Source: Chthonomonadaceae bacterium (GTDB taxonomy: Bacteria > Armatimonadota > Chthonomonadetes > Chthonomonadales > Chthonomonadaceae). Taken from it: a DNA stretch of 61,590 nucleotides. The DNA lies in assembly GCA_035650735.1 (NCBI GenBank), contig DASRGZ010000182.1, forward strand, positions 1-61,590, given 5' to 3'. This document shows, piece after piece, positions 10,293 to 19,425 of this stretch. The notes beneath the pieces are model-generated. The model searched no databases. It was not told the origin of the DNA and saw only the letters and a list, made by a program, of their open reading frames with translations. Numbering within the stretch: position 1 is the first letter of the stretch; each line of letters starts with the position of its first letter. The position numbers and the translations under genes are program-made.

Positions 10293-10862
10293 CTACTTGA
10301 CGATCTGTAAAATCTCCCGGAACTCCGGCGTGCCGGCCTCATGCAGCATCTCAAAGAGCGCCATCTCTACCGAGGAGAGCAGCACGCCTCCCTGCCGCAT
10401 CTTATCCAGCCCCAGCCGCCAGTTCGACTCGGTGCGCGCGGAGATAGCGTCGGCGACCGCGTGTACCTGAAAGCCAGCGGCGATCAGCTCGTGAGCCGTC
10501 TGGTTGACGCAGATATGGGCCTCCACGCCGCAGAGCAGCACCTGCTTGCGCCCCGAGCGCTGGATCTCGGACTGAAAGGCCGGGTCCGAATAGCAGCTAA
10601 AGCAGAGCTTGTCGAAGGGCGGCAGCAGCGGCGGCAGCAGCTCCTTGATCTCGGGTATGACCCCGCCCAGTTTCTCCTGATATTGCGTCGTGCCGATGGT
10701 GGGCAGGCGTAGCACGTTGGCTCCCTTCATCAGCGCGCGCACATTCTCGATAACCCGCTCCCGCTCATAGAGGGCGCGCAGGAACGGTTCTTGCATGTCT
10801 ATGACCACCAGGATCGTGCTGTCCACATGGAGCAGATTCGGATGCTGTTTTGGCGCTAGCAA
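10293..10862 (-). CDS. Isochorismatase-family hydrolase
   Basis: 'VVIDMQE', 'QY...LG', 'K..FS', 'GVEAHICV.QT'; TTG start at 10862 after GAAGGAG (ORF track extends upstream into probable non-coding DNA). Confidence 0.85.
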   Translation of the reverse strand: MLAPKQHPNLLHVDSTILVVIDMQEPFLRALYERERVIENVRALMKGANVLRLPTIGTTQYQEKLGGVIPEIKELLPPLLPPFDKLCFSCYSDPAFQSEIQRSGRKQVLLCGVEAHICVNQTAHELIAAGFQVHAVADAISARTESNWRLGLDKMRQGGVLLSSVEMALFEMLHEAGTPEFREILQIVK

Positions 10863-10872
10863 AGCGACGCAA

Positions 10873-11071
10873 CTCCTTCCCACAAATACAAGGTCAACTA
10901 CCCCAGGTTTAGAGATCGGGGTACCTCGCCCCTCGCGCGCCCCAGATATGATGGACGGCAGGGCTTGCGCGCGTTCTCCGGTGGTTATTGTCGGCGTCAA
11001 CCCGGCTTGCCTGCAATCGCGCCGGCCCCGACCATCCGAAAGAGAGGTTCAGTCCAACCGGACACAGGAGG
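10873..11071 (-). ncRNA. Candidate structured RNA (possibly 6S RNA-like or leader)
   Basis: Nested complementary arms (TCCGGT/ACCGGA, GTCGG/TTGAC, CCGGC/GCCGG) whose G-U pairs favour the minus strand; ~200 nt; upstream of the rarA operon. Confidence 0.3.
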
Positions 11072-11143
11072 TTTCGCGCCAACGCTCCGGTTTTCCTGCG
11101 TCCCGGCAAGAACCACAGGGCCTTCCGTTTTCCCGCACTCGGC

Positions 11144-11321
11144 GCCGGGCACTGAAAGTACCCGTCTCCAGAGCGGCTACGCCGCCAACCGTCCTTCGGA
11201 CGGAACCACCCTCCTGGCGGCAGGTAGCTGCCTTCGTAGGGTGGAAAGAACCTTCCGCAACGGGGCGTCCGCCAGGACGCCTGGCCGAAGGCCCTGGAGA
11301 CGGGTACTTTCAGTGCCCGGC
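11144..11321. mobile_element. MITE/REPIN-like element with perfect 28-bp terminal inverted repeats
   Basis: GCCGGGCACTGAAAGTACCCGTCTCCAG at 11144-11171 and its reverse complement at 11294-11321; related copies at 23928-24147 and ~51330-51450. Confidence 0.7.
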
Positions 11322-11488
11322 ACTAAAGGCTTCGGCCAGGCGTCCTGCGGACGCCAAAAACGCACAAGCGCCCAGAACGGAAAGACCCGGCAAGAACCCG
11401 GCATCAGCAGGGAATCTGGGCGCAAATGTAGTATACTCTATTGCGTCTCCAGGCCGAGGGGAGGCCGGGAGCGGGAGGAAAGAACACC

Positions 11489-11941
11489 ATGAACGTGGTC
11501 ATTCTCGGCTGTGGGCGCGTTGGTTCAACGCTGGCGCGGCTGATGTATCGTGACGGGCATCAGGTCACGATTATAGACCTGCAAAGCGAATCGTTTCGCC
11601 GCCTGGGAACCAGATTTAAGGGCAACCGCATCATCGGCAACGGCATTGATGAGGATGTCCTTAAGCGCGCGGGCATTGAGAATGCCCAGGTCTTTATTGC
11701 CGTCACGCAGGGGGACAATCGCAACATCATGGCCGCCCAGATCGCCAAGCACGTCTTTGGAGTGCACACGGTCATGGCGCGCATCTACGACCCCGTCCGC
11801 GCCGACCGCTATCGCGAAAAGGGCATCATCACCATCTGCACCACCACCATCGCCGCCGGACTGATGCGCGACCTGGTTAACACGGGCGAGTGGGGCCTGG
11901 TGAAAGACTACTCGAAAGAGTACCTGGAGCTTAACGTCTGA
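11489..11941 (+). CDS. trkA: TrkA-N (RCK_N) potassium-uptake regulatory protein
   Basis: 'VVILGCGRVG', 'AGI..A..FIAVT.GDNRN', 'ARIYDP' motifs; ATG after GGAGGAA. Confidence 0.85.
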   Translation: MNVVILGCGRVGSTLARLMYRDGHQVTIIDLQSESFRRLGTRFKGNRIIGNGIDEDVLKRAGIENAQVFIAVTQGDNRNIMAAQIAKHVFGVHTVMARIYDPVRADRYREKGIITICTTTIAAGLMRDLVNTGEWGLVKDYSKEYLELNV

Positions 11942-12027
11942 GGCCTCCTGCCCTGAACCTGCCGATTGGGAAGGCTATGCGGCGCATCCCGTGCCGGAAG
12001 CGGGCGGCGCAATGAGGATTTATCGCA

Positions 12028-12690
12028 ATGTACGTCATTATCGTTGGTGGAGGCAATGTAGGCTACTATCTAGCCAAGACGTTAGTAGCGGCTAAGCATG
12101 AGGTCTTGCTGATGGAGAAGGACCGCGCCCGCTACCGTACCATCTCCGAGGAGCTGGGCGAGGTAGTGATGCAGGGCGACGGCTGCGAGGTGGCCCAGCA
12201 GATGCAGGCCGGGTTTGGCCGCGCGGACGCCGTGGTCGCCGTCACCGGCAGCGACGACGATAACCTGGTCGTCTGCCAGATGGCCAAAATGGAATACAAC
12301 GTGCCCCGCACCATCTCGCGGGTCAACGACCCGCGCAACGAGGGACTGTTCCATAGCCTGGGCATTGATGCCACCGTCAGCTCCACCAAGATCATCTACA
12401 ACCTGATCGAGCAAGAGATAGGAACCGGCGAGGTCATCCCAATTGCCGCGCTCAACCGGGGCAACATCGAGATCGTGGAGGCCCAGATCGGCCCCAAGTC
12501 CCATCTTCTAAATCAGGAGATACGCGCCCTATCGCTGCCGGCAGAGGCGCTGATCATCTCCATTATCCGGGACGGCCACGCTATTCTGCCTGCGGCGGAT
12601 ACACGCCTTACGCAGGGTGATACGGTGATCGCCCTGGTCAACGCGGACAAGGAACACCAATTGCGGGATATTTTTGAAGAAGGCATTTAA
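12028..12690 (+). CDS. trkA: TrkA-family protein (RCK_N + RCK_C)
   Basis: 'IIVGGGNVG', 'AVTGSDDDN', C-terminal 'IIRDG...P..DT.L..GD'. Confidence 0.88.
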   Translation: MYVIIVGGGNVGYYLAKTLVAAKHEVLLMEKDRARYRTISEELGEVVMQGDGCEVAQQMQAGFGRADAVVAVTGSDDDNLVVCQMAKMEYNVPRTISRVNDPRNEGLFHSLGIDATVSSTKIIYNLIEQEIGTGEVIPIAALNRGNIEIVEAQIGPKSHLLNQEIRALSLPAEALIISIIRDGHAILPAADTRLTQGDTVIALVNADKEHQLRDIFEEGI

Positions 12691-12795
12691 GCAGGCGCTC
12701 CTCCGTGCTTGCGCCCTCTGAGGCTTCTTTCAAGAGAGCGGGCGCTGCAAAGCCTTTGGAGGACCTACTTAAGCGCCGGAGCCGGGAGAACGCCA

Positions 12796-13428
12796 TTGCC
12801 CACCGAGAAGACCAACACGCCTAACGCAGCGCCATCGGGCAGCCCCGCGCGCCAACCCGCAAAGCAGGCCGCCGGGCCTGTCCGCTCGCCCAAGACTCCG
12901 GCGGATATTCCGGGCCTCGGCCCCATTCGCGTGCGGGCGCTGCACAAAGCCGGACTGGGCAGCCTGAAGGCGCTGCGCGCCGCTCGCCTGGAAGACCTGC
13001 TGGCCGTTCCTGGCCTGAGTGAGATCAAAGCCCGGCATATCCTCGATTACCTGGCCCGGTTCCCTGCTGCCCCCGGCAAAGCGGGCAAGGCCAAAAAGAT
13101 GGGCCACACGGCGGATACCTCCCTTGCCGAAGCGGTGGAGGCGGCACGCCAGGCTGCCGGCCAGATCGAGCACGCCCATCCCAATCGGTTACGCCCGCGT
13201 CTGATGAGCGCATTGGCGGCGTTTATGGCCCTGGCAGCAACTCTGCCGACCGCCGACACCGGTCTTTCCCACAAGACGCAGGAGCGCGCCCTGCGCCGCC
13301 TGCGCCGTATCACTTTAGAACTCTCCCAGGCTGCCGGCCAGCCCGATCTGGGCCGCAAAGCCCAGGCGGAACTGGCCGAAAGCCTAGTCAAAGCCTGTCG
13401 CAAACTCTCGGAACTAGGCGCTCCCTGA
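12796..13428 (+). CDS. Hypothetical protein with tandem helix-hairpin-helix motifs
   Basis: 'IPGLGP.R..AL' and 'LLAVPGLSEIKA' HhH motifs; start uncertain (12709 or 12796). Confidence 0.6.
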   Translation: MPTEKTNTPNAAPSGSPARQPAKQAAGPVRSPKTPADIPGLGPIRVRALHKAGLGSLKALRAARLEDLLAVPGLSEIKARHILDYLARFPAAPGKAGKAKKMGHTADTSLAEAVEAARQAAGQIEHAHPNRLRPRLMSALAAFMALAATLPTADTGLSHKTQERALRRLRRITLELSQAAGQPDLGRKAQAELAESLVKACRKLSELGAP

Positions 13429-13531
13429 TCGAGTCTGACACACCCAATCGGCTCACAGCACCAGGCGCTCTCTGCCCGACCGGCAACAGCGCCTAACCGC
13501 CGAGGAGACGAGACCTGAGTTCCCACCGCCT

Positions 13532-14494
13532 ATGATGCCTGCTGGGACACCCCACATCGCCGCGATCTATGCCAGCCTCGATGTCGGGACAAACTCCGTC
13601 AAGCTCACGGTCGCCGATCTGGCGGGCGGCGATGCGCGCTGCCTCTGTGATCGGGCTGTCATCACGCGGCTTGGCGAGGGGATGCTGGCCCATGGGCACC
13701 GGCTGCGCGAGGTGCCGATGCGCCGCACGCTGGACGCCATCGCCGATTTCGTCGCCCTGGCCCAAGTACAGGGCGCCCGGCAGATCGCCGCTGTCGGCAC
13801 GGCGGCGCTGCGCGAAGCCGCCAATCGGGACGAGTTCCTGCGCCGCGTCCGGGAGCGCTGCGGCATTACGATTGATGTCCTCTCCGGCGAGGAGGAAGCG
13901 CGCCTCTCCTACCTGGCGGTGCGCCGCGACCCCCACTGGCGAGCGTACGCCGGTCTGATTGTCATTGACGTCGGCGGGGGCAGCACGGAGATCATCCAGG
14001 GGGAGGCCCACAGCAGCCGCATTGCGACCCGCCAGAGCGTCAACCTGGGCGCGGTCAAGCTGACGGAACGCTACTTCAAATCCGACCCGCCGACCATCGC
14101 CCAACTGGCTGCCGCCAATCAGGTCGTCGCGGAGGAATTTGACAGGATGGCGCTTAATCCTGTTGCGGGCGGCACGCAGGTCGTCGGAGTGGGCGGCACG
14201 GTAACTAATCTCGCCAGCATGGACCTGCAAGGAACGCGCCCTCTCGAGCAGCTGCACGGCCACACGCTCCAGGCCGATGCGCTGGAGGATCTCACGGCCC
14301 GGCTGGCTTCCCGCACCATCCAGGAGCGCAAGCAGATTCCCGGCCTGGACCCTGCGCGCGCCGACGTTATCCTCGGCGGAGCGATTATACTCTCTCAGGC
14401 GCTGGCCCATCTGGGCAGCGCGGCCCTGGACGTCAGCACGCGCGGACTCCGATGGGGCGTTCTCTACGACCGCTTTTTGCCCGCAGAGGGCTAA
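13532..14494 (+). CDS. ppx: Ppx/GppA phosphatase, short form (catalytic domain only)
   Basis: 'DVGTNSVKL', 'TRLGEG', 'TAALREA.N', 'SGEEEARL', 'DVGGGSTE', 'RADVI..G', 'GLR.G'. Confidence 0.9.
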   Translation: MMPAGTPHIAAIYASLDVGTNSVKLTVADLAGGDARCLCDRAVITRLGEGMLAHGHRLREVPMRRTLDAIADFVALAQVQGARQIAAVGTAALREAANRDEFLRRVRERCGITIDVLSGEEEARLSYLAVRRDPHWRAYAGLIVIDVGGGSTEIIQGEAHSSRIATRQSVNLGAVKLTERYFKSDPPTIAQLAAANQVVAEEFDRMALNPVAGGTQVVGVGGTVTNLASMDLQGTRPLEQLHGHTLQADALEDLTARLASRTIQERKQIPGLDPARADVILGGAIILSQALAHLGSAALDVSTRGLRWGVLYDRFLPAEG

Positions 14495-14554
14495 GGGTTC
14501 CTAACAACATGCGGTATAGTCCTTCCTTTCGGGAGGAACAAGAGAGGTTGTGTT

Positions 14555-14728
14555 AGGCACGCTAACTCTAGAGGGTGTTATGCCCTTTTTTGCCTGCTTC
14601 GAGAGAGGACTTGGAGGCTGATGACCGCTTTGGGCTCGCTTTCTAGCGAGCACCAAGCCTCTAATGAGCGGCTGGCCTATCTCCTCAAGAGGACCCAAGT
14701 GCATCCCACGCTCTAGAGGTCCGCTGCC
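14555..14728. other. Long imperfect inverted repeat (structured RNA or MITE candidate)
   Basis: CTCTAGAG at 14566 and 14711 with pairing continuing inward; central GCTCGCT/AGCGAGC hairpin. Confidence 0.45.
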
Positions 14729-14743
14729 CCGATAAAAAACGCT

Positions 14744-15379
14744 ATGAATACTAAGCTCAACGCAATTTTGGAACTCGCTCGCCGCTACGATTACGATGCC
14801 GGCCACGCCCATCAGGTCGAATGCCTGGCCGGAACGCTCTTCATGGAGCTGGAGCCGCTGCACGGCCTGGCGCGTGAGGACCGCAAGCTGCTCGAATACG
14901 CCGCCATCCTCCACGACATCGGCTATTACGTCAGCGGGCGCGGCCATCACCGTCACGCCCTCCAGATGATCATGATGGAGCCGCTGCCGGAGTTCCCCCG
15001 CGAGGAGAAGACGGTCATCGCCAACCTGGCGCGCTATCACCGCAAGGCCCCACCCTCCATCGAGCACACCGCCTACGGCGTCCTCTCCGACGCCGACAAG
15101 CGGCGTGTCAACCTCCTGGCGCCCCTCCTCCGCATCGCCGACGCTCTCGACAACTCCCATCAGGGGCTGGTGCAGGAGCTTTTCTGCGACCTCCGCGAGG
15201 ACGCGGTGACCATCTTCGTCGGCGCCGAGACCGATCTGCCCATAGAGCGGCAGGCCCTGGAGCGCAAGGCGGATATGTTCCGGCAGGTCTACCGCCGCGA
15301 CGTTCAGTTGCAGGTACTGCGTCCACGCCTGCCCACCGCGCCGCAGGAAGCGGAGTTCGCCTTCGAGACCTCCCGCTAA
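14744..15379 (+). CDS. Stand-alone HD domain protein resembling the Ppx/GppA C-terminal domain
   Basis: 'HAHQV', 'AAILHDIG', 'HH.H', 'ARYHRK', 'LRIADALD.SH'; similar to C-terminus of 24391-25986. Confidence 0.85.
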   Translation: MNTKLNAILELARRYDYDAGHAHQVECLAGTLFMELEPLHGLAREDRKLLEYAAILHDIGYYVSGRGHHRHALQMIMMEPLPEFPREEKTVIANLARYHRKAPPSIEHTAYGVLSDADKRRVNLLAPLLRIADALDNSHQGLVQELFCDLREDAVTIFVGAETDLPIERQALERKADMFRQVYRRDVQLQVLRPRLPTAPQEAEFAFETSR

Positions 15380-15384
15380 GGTGC

Positions 15385-17502
15385 TTGCCGGCAAGGAGAA
15401 CGCGCATCGTGGAATTTTCTGGCCGTTTGGCTCTCGGCTGCCTCTGCCTCCTGACTGCTTGCCTGCCTCTGCCCTCCGGTAAGAAGCCGGACACAACGGC
15501 GGCAGCGCCCTCCTGGCAAGAGTCGATGCAAAAGGTCCATGCCCGCTTCACCGGTCAGAAGGGGACGTTCGCCCAATTCGGGGACTCCATCACCGTGACG
15601 CAGGCGTTCTGGGCTCCCCTGCATGACACATGCCGGAACGCTTCCCCACAGATGCGGACCGCCCTGCGCACAGTTCAGGCGTATTTGCGCCCGGAGTGTT
15701 GGCGCGACTGGAAAGGACCGGACTACGGCAGTGAAGGCGGCCGAACCACCGCCTGGGCTAAGGAGAACGTAGCCGCCTGGCTTCACAAGCTTAATCCAGA
15801 GGTCGCTCTCATCCTGTTCGGCACCAACGACCTGCCGGATGTCTCCGTGGAAACCTATCGGGACACCCTGCGCTCTGTCGTGCAGAGGTGCCTGGACAAC
15901 GGCACGGTGGTCATTCTGAGCACGATCCCGCCCCGGCATGGTTATGAGCAGAAAGCGCAGGCGTTTGCCGCCGCGGCACGGCAGGTGGCCCAGCAGATGC
16001 ACGTGCCCCTGACAGACTTTTATGCGGAAATCCTCCAACGGCGTCCCGACGATTGGGATGGGGCCTCAGACAAGTTTAACCGTTATCAAGGGTATGACGT
16101 GCCGACGCTGATCTCCCGCGACGGCGTGCATCCCAGCTATCCCGCCCGGTACCAGGGCGACTATTCCGAGGACGCGCTCCGCAGCTGTGGTTATGGGCTG
16201 CGCAACTATCTGACGCTCTTGAAATACGCTGAGGTCCTCACGGCGCTGGGTGTCGGCGCACCAGCCCGCGAACGGTCCGGTTTCGTTGCCTTGCCCAGGA
16301 AAGAGCAGGCATCGCTGTCTCCGCCGTCTCGGTCCTGGTTTCCCAAAGCGCCGCCGCTCCCGCCGCCCACCGGGGCGGTGCTTCGAGTCTCTAGCGTGCC
16401 GGAGCTCCTGGAGGCAATCGGGCACGTCTCACCGGGCGGGACGATCCTGCTCGCGGACGGCCTCTATCGGGTGCCGCAGCCCATCGAGATTAAGACCGAC
16501 CGGGTCACGCTGCGAAGCGCCTCCGGGCAGCGCGACAGGGTCGTCTTAGATGCCGGCAACGCAGGCGAGCTGATCCGGCTGACGGCCTGCTCCGATGTGA
16601 CCATCGCGGACCTGACGGTGCAGAACGTGCGCTGGAACGGCATCAAAATTAACTCCGAGACCGGAGTCCAGCGGGCGGTCATCTATAACTGCATCCTGCA
16701 CAATGTATGGCAGCGGGCGATCAAAGGGGTCATTGTGCCGCCTCAAAATCGCGCGGCGATGCGCCCTACCGGCTGCCGCGTTCAGTACTGCCTCTTCTAT
16801 AATGACCACCCCAAACAGTTCTCCGACGATCCCACCGATACCGAACAGACCTTTAAGGGCAACTACATCGGCGGCATTGATGTCATGTACGCCAGAGATT
16901 GGACGATCAGCGACAACGTCTTCGTGGGCATCCACGGCCGGACCGGGGAAGCGCGCGGGGCCGTCTTCCTCTGGAACGAGACGAGCGGCTGCACGGTGGA
17001 GCGCAATGTGATCCTCGACTGCGATTCGGGTATCTGCCTGGGCAACTCCTCCAAAAGCGCCGAGACGCCGGTCCACTGCACGGGCTGCATCGTGCGCAAC
17101 AACTTTGTCGTCCGTGCCCATGAGAACGGCATTCTGGCCGATTACACGCAAGACTGCAAAATCCTGAATAACAGCATCTACGACCCCGATAGCCGTCTAG
17201 GGCGCTTAATCCGTCTGGTGCATGCCAATGACGGGCTGCTGGTGGCCAACAACCTGGTCTGTGGTCCCAGGATACGGATCGAGTCAGACAGCCGCATCAC
17301 CTTTGCGAACAATCTGGAGAAAGACCTCTCCGCCGCCCTTGTCGCTCCCTCGGAGGGCAATCTGCGGCTAACCGCCCGGGCAAGGGAAGCCATTGATCAC
17401 GCCGCTCCGCTCTCCGAGGTAAGAGACGATATTGACCGGACGCCTCGCGGGGTCAAGCCCGATATTGGCGCGCATGAGTTTCGTGCCCGGCATGGTTCTT
17501 AG
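15385..17502 (+). CDS. Probable lipoprotein: SGNH hydrolase + right-handed parallel beta-helix domain
   Basis: Lipobox-like LTAC; 'FGDSIT', 'FGTND', 'DGVHP'; beta-helix repeats (I.NN/V.RN); C-terminal 'DIDRTPR...DIGAHE'. Confidence 0.75.
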   Translation: MPARRTRIVEFSGRLALGCLCLLTACLPLPSGKKPDTTAAAPSWQESMQKVHARFTGQKGTFAQFGDSITVTQAFWAPLHDTCRNASPQMRTALRTVQAYLRPECWRDWKGPDYGSEGGRTTAWAKENVAAWLHKLNPEVALILFGTNDLPDVSVETYRDTLRSVVQRCLDNGTVVILSTIPPRHGYEQKAQAFAAAARQVAQQMHVPLTDFYAEILQRRPDDWDGASDKFNRYQGYDVPTLISRDGVHPSYPARYQGDYSEDALRSCGYGLRNYLTLLKYAEVLTALGVGAPARERSGFVALPRKEQASLSPPSRSWFPKAPPLPPPTGAVLRVSSVPELLEAIGHVSPGGTILLADGLYRVPQPIEIKTDRVTLRSASGQRDRVVLDAGNAGELIRLTACSDVTIADLTVQNVRWNGIKINSETGVQRAVIYNCILHNVWQRAIKGVIVPPQNRAAMRPTGCRVQYCLFYNDHPKQFSDDPTDTEQTFKGNYIGGIDVMYARDWTISDNVFVGIHGRTGEARGAVFLWNETSGCTVERNVILDCDSGICLGNSSKSAETPVHCTGCIVRNNFVVRAHENGILADYTQDCKILNNSIYDPDSRLGRLIRLVHANDGLLVANNLVCGPRIRIESDSRITFANNLEKDLSAALVAPSEGNLRLTARAREAIDHAAPLSEVRDDIDRTPRGVKPDIGAHEFRARHGS

Positions 17503-17516
17503 CGGCAAGAAGCCCG

Positions 17517-18254
17517 ATGCAAGATGAGCCTATGAAGAACAACATCCCTACCCCATCCCTGCTTTCGGAACAGATCGCCTACTATCGTGAGCGGGCAAGC
17601 GAGTACGACGAATGGTTTCTACGGTTGGGCCGCTACGACCACGGCGCAGAGCAGAACCGGCGCTGGTTTGCCGAAGTGGAACAGGTCAGGCAGGCGCTGG
17701 CTCAATTTGCCCCCACCGGTCAGGTATTGGAGTTAGCGGGCGGAACGGGCTGGTGGACACAGGAGTTGGCGCGCTATGCCGATTCGCTTACAGTTGTGGA
17801 TAGTTCCCTGGAGACAATGGCGATCAGCAACGCACGCCTCACCCGAGCCAACGCGCGCGCGATTCCGGTGCGCTATGTGGAAGCCGACCTGTTCTCCTGG
17901 CAGCCAGATAGGCAATACGACGTCGTGTTCTTTAGCTTCTGGCTGTCTCACGTGCCGCCGGAGCGGTTCGTCTCCTTCTGGGACCTGGTGCGCTCGTGCC
18001 TGGCTCCGAACGGGCGCGTGTTTTTCGTGGACAGCCGGTATTCACAGACGGGAACGGCTGCCGATCAGCAGCTTGAAGGCGAGCAGGCTACCACCATGGA
18101 GCGCCGCCTGAATGACGGACGCACCTTCCGTATCGTCAAGGTCTTTTATCGGCCCGACGACCTGCAAGCGCGACTGGCGGAGTTGGGTTGGGGCGCGCAG
18201 ATAGAGACCACGCCTACCTTCTTTCTCTATGGCCAAGCGACTCGGCGTGGATGA
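17517..18254 (+). CDS. Class I SAM-dependent methyltransferase
   Basis: 'VLELAGGTGWWT', 'YDVVFFSFWLSHVP' motifs. Confidence 0.88.
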   Translation: MQDEPMKNNIPTPSLLSEQIAYYRERASEYDEWFLRLGRYDHGAEQNRRWFAEVEQVRQALAQFAPTGQVLELAGGTGWWTQELARYADSLTVVDSSLETMAISNARLTRANARAIPVRYVEADLFSWQPDRQYDVVFFSFWLSHVPPERFVSFWDLVRSCLAPNGRVFFVDSRYSQTGTAADQQLEGEQATTMERRLNDGRTFRIVKVFYRPDDLQARLAELGWGAQIETTPTFFLYGQATRRG

Positions 18255-18319
18255 TACCTCCAGGCAAAGGAGGGCCGGCTTTATCCCAAGCTCCTGAGAA
18301 AGAACAGATAACCAATACC

Positions 18320-19141
18320 ATGAACGAACCACAGGCACAGATCGCAGGAGAACAGCCTGACCCAGATCAAGGTCACACCAGAGAATGGCCTTCGACGCCC
18401 TACAGTGACGAGGTGCGCGCCGCCGTACCGCCCTCCGAAACGGCCTGTTCCCTGGCTCTCCTCGGTGATTGCACGGTGTCCTGTACCTACTATCCGCCTG
18501 CTAACCGACCGGAGAACCATCTGGCGGTAAGACTGCGGCGCGCCTTTCCCGGACAACCCTGCGCTATTCGAAACCTGGCCCGTGAGGGCGAAAGCGCGGA
18601 CGAGTTCTTGCAAGCAGAGCGCTTCGAGAAGGCGTTCAGGGACATTCCCCGGCTGGATGTTGCCTTCGTTCGCTACGGCATCAACGACCGCAAGCGGCAT
18701 GGTATCTCCGGCTGCCTCCAAAACTTAGAGGCGCTGTGCGTGGCGGTCAACCAGCGGTATCCGGGCGTGGGTCTCTTTATCGAAACGAGCATCTGGGTGG
18801 ACTATCCGGCCCATTATCTCTGGGACAGAAATGCTGCCCTCGGCCCGCTCTATGACGCTATGCGCGCGTTTGCTCTGGAGCAAGGCTATCCTGTGGTGGA
18901 TATCTTTGCCAAGATGGAAGCCGAAACGAAGCGGGGCAACTGGGATTTGCGCGTGCGGGGCCTGCCTGCGCCCGAACACACCATTGTGGACGGCTCCTTC
19001 GACCCTTTCTTCGGCGACGACCCGGCTTTCTTCACCAACATCCATCCCAACTCCCGTTGCCTGGCACTGATTGCCGAGTGGCAGGTCGAGGCCCTCAGGC
19101 GACGGTTCGGCGCGGCGTTGCCTATGGGGAGACGGAAATGA
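18320..19141 (+). CDS. SGNH/GDSL hydrolase-like protein
   Basis: 'LLGDC' (Cys at the usual Ser position), 'YGIND', 'IHPN'. Confidence 0.7.
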   Translation: MNEPQAQIAGEQPDPDQGHTREWPSTPYSDEVRAAVPPSETACSLALLGDCTVSCTYYPPANRPENHLAVRLRRAFPGQPCAIRNLAREGESADEFLQAERFEKAFRDIPRLDVAFVRYGINDRKRHGISGCLQNLEALCVAVNQRYPGVGLFIETSIWVDYPAHYLWDRNAALGPLYDAMRAFALEQGYPVVDIFAKMEAETKRGNWDLRVRGLPAPEHTIVDGSFDPFFGDDPAFFTNIHPNSRCLALIAEWQVEALRRRFGAALPMGRRK

Positions 19142-19181
19142 TGCCCCCGGCTACTATTTGCCAAGAGAAAGGATTTGAACC

Positions 19182-19287
19182 GGTTCATCGCCGCTGTTCT
19201 CGCCTTGCAACCGGAGGGCGCCTCTTCCGCGTCTCGCAGCAGAGGATAGTAGGTTCATCGCCGCTGTTCTCGCCCTGCAACCGGAGG
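19182..19287. repeat. Two 36-bp direct repeats (1 mismatch) separated by 34 bp
   Basis: GGTTCATCGCCGCTGTTCTCGCC(T/C)TGCAACCGGAGG at 19182-19217 and 19252-19287. Confidence 0.85.
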
Positions 19288-19425
19288 TGCAGGGTGTGGT
19301 TTCCGTAGGTAGCCTTGCCACCGGGCAGGCGCGCACCAGGAACCGGGACGGGCCTGGACTACGCTGAAATAGACAGAGTGGAACCAGCGCCAGCGCCCAT
19401 AGCGCAACAGGAAGGAGGCTGGGCC

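Noticed and set aside
10873..11071. tmRNA, RNase P, SRP, c-di-AMP or ZTP riboswitch identity
   Set aside because: Required consensus elements (T-loop/CCA, GAGGAAAGUCC, GGAAGGAAGCAG, complete aptamer boxes) are not all present; only partial resemblances.
14614..14671. Hammerhead ribozyme or fluoride riboswitch suggested by CTGATGA
   Set aside because: No properly placed GAAA/UH for a hammerhead and no GGCGATGG-type 5' segment for the fluoride motif.
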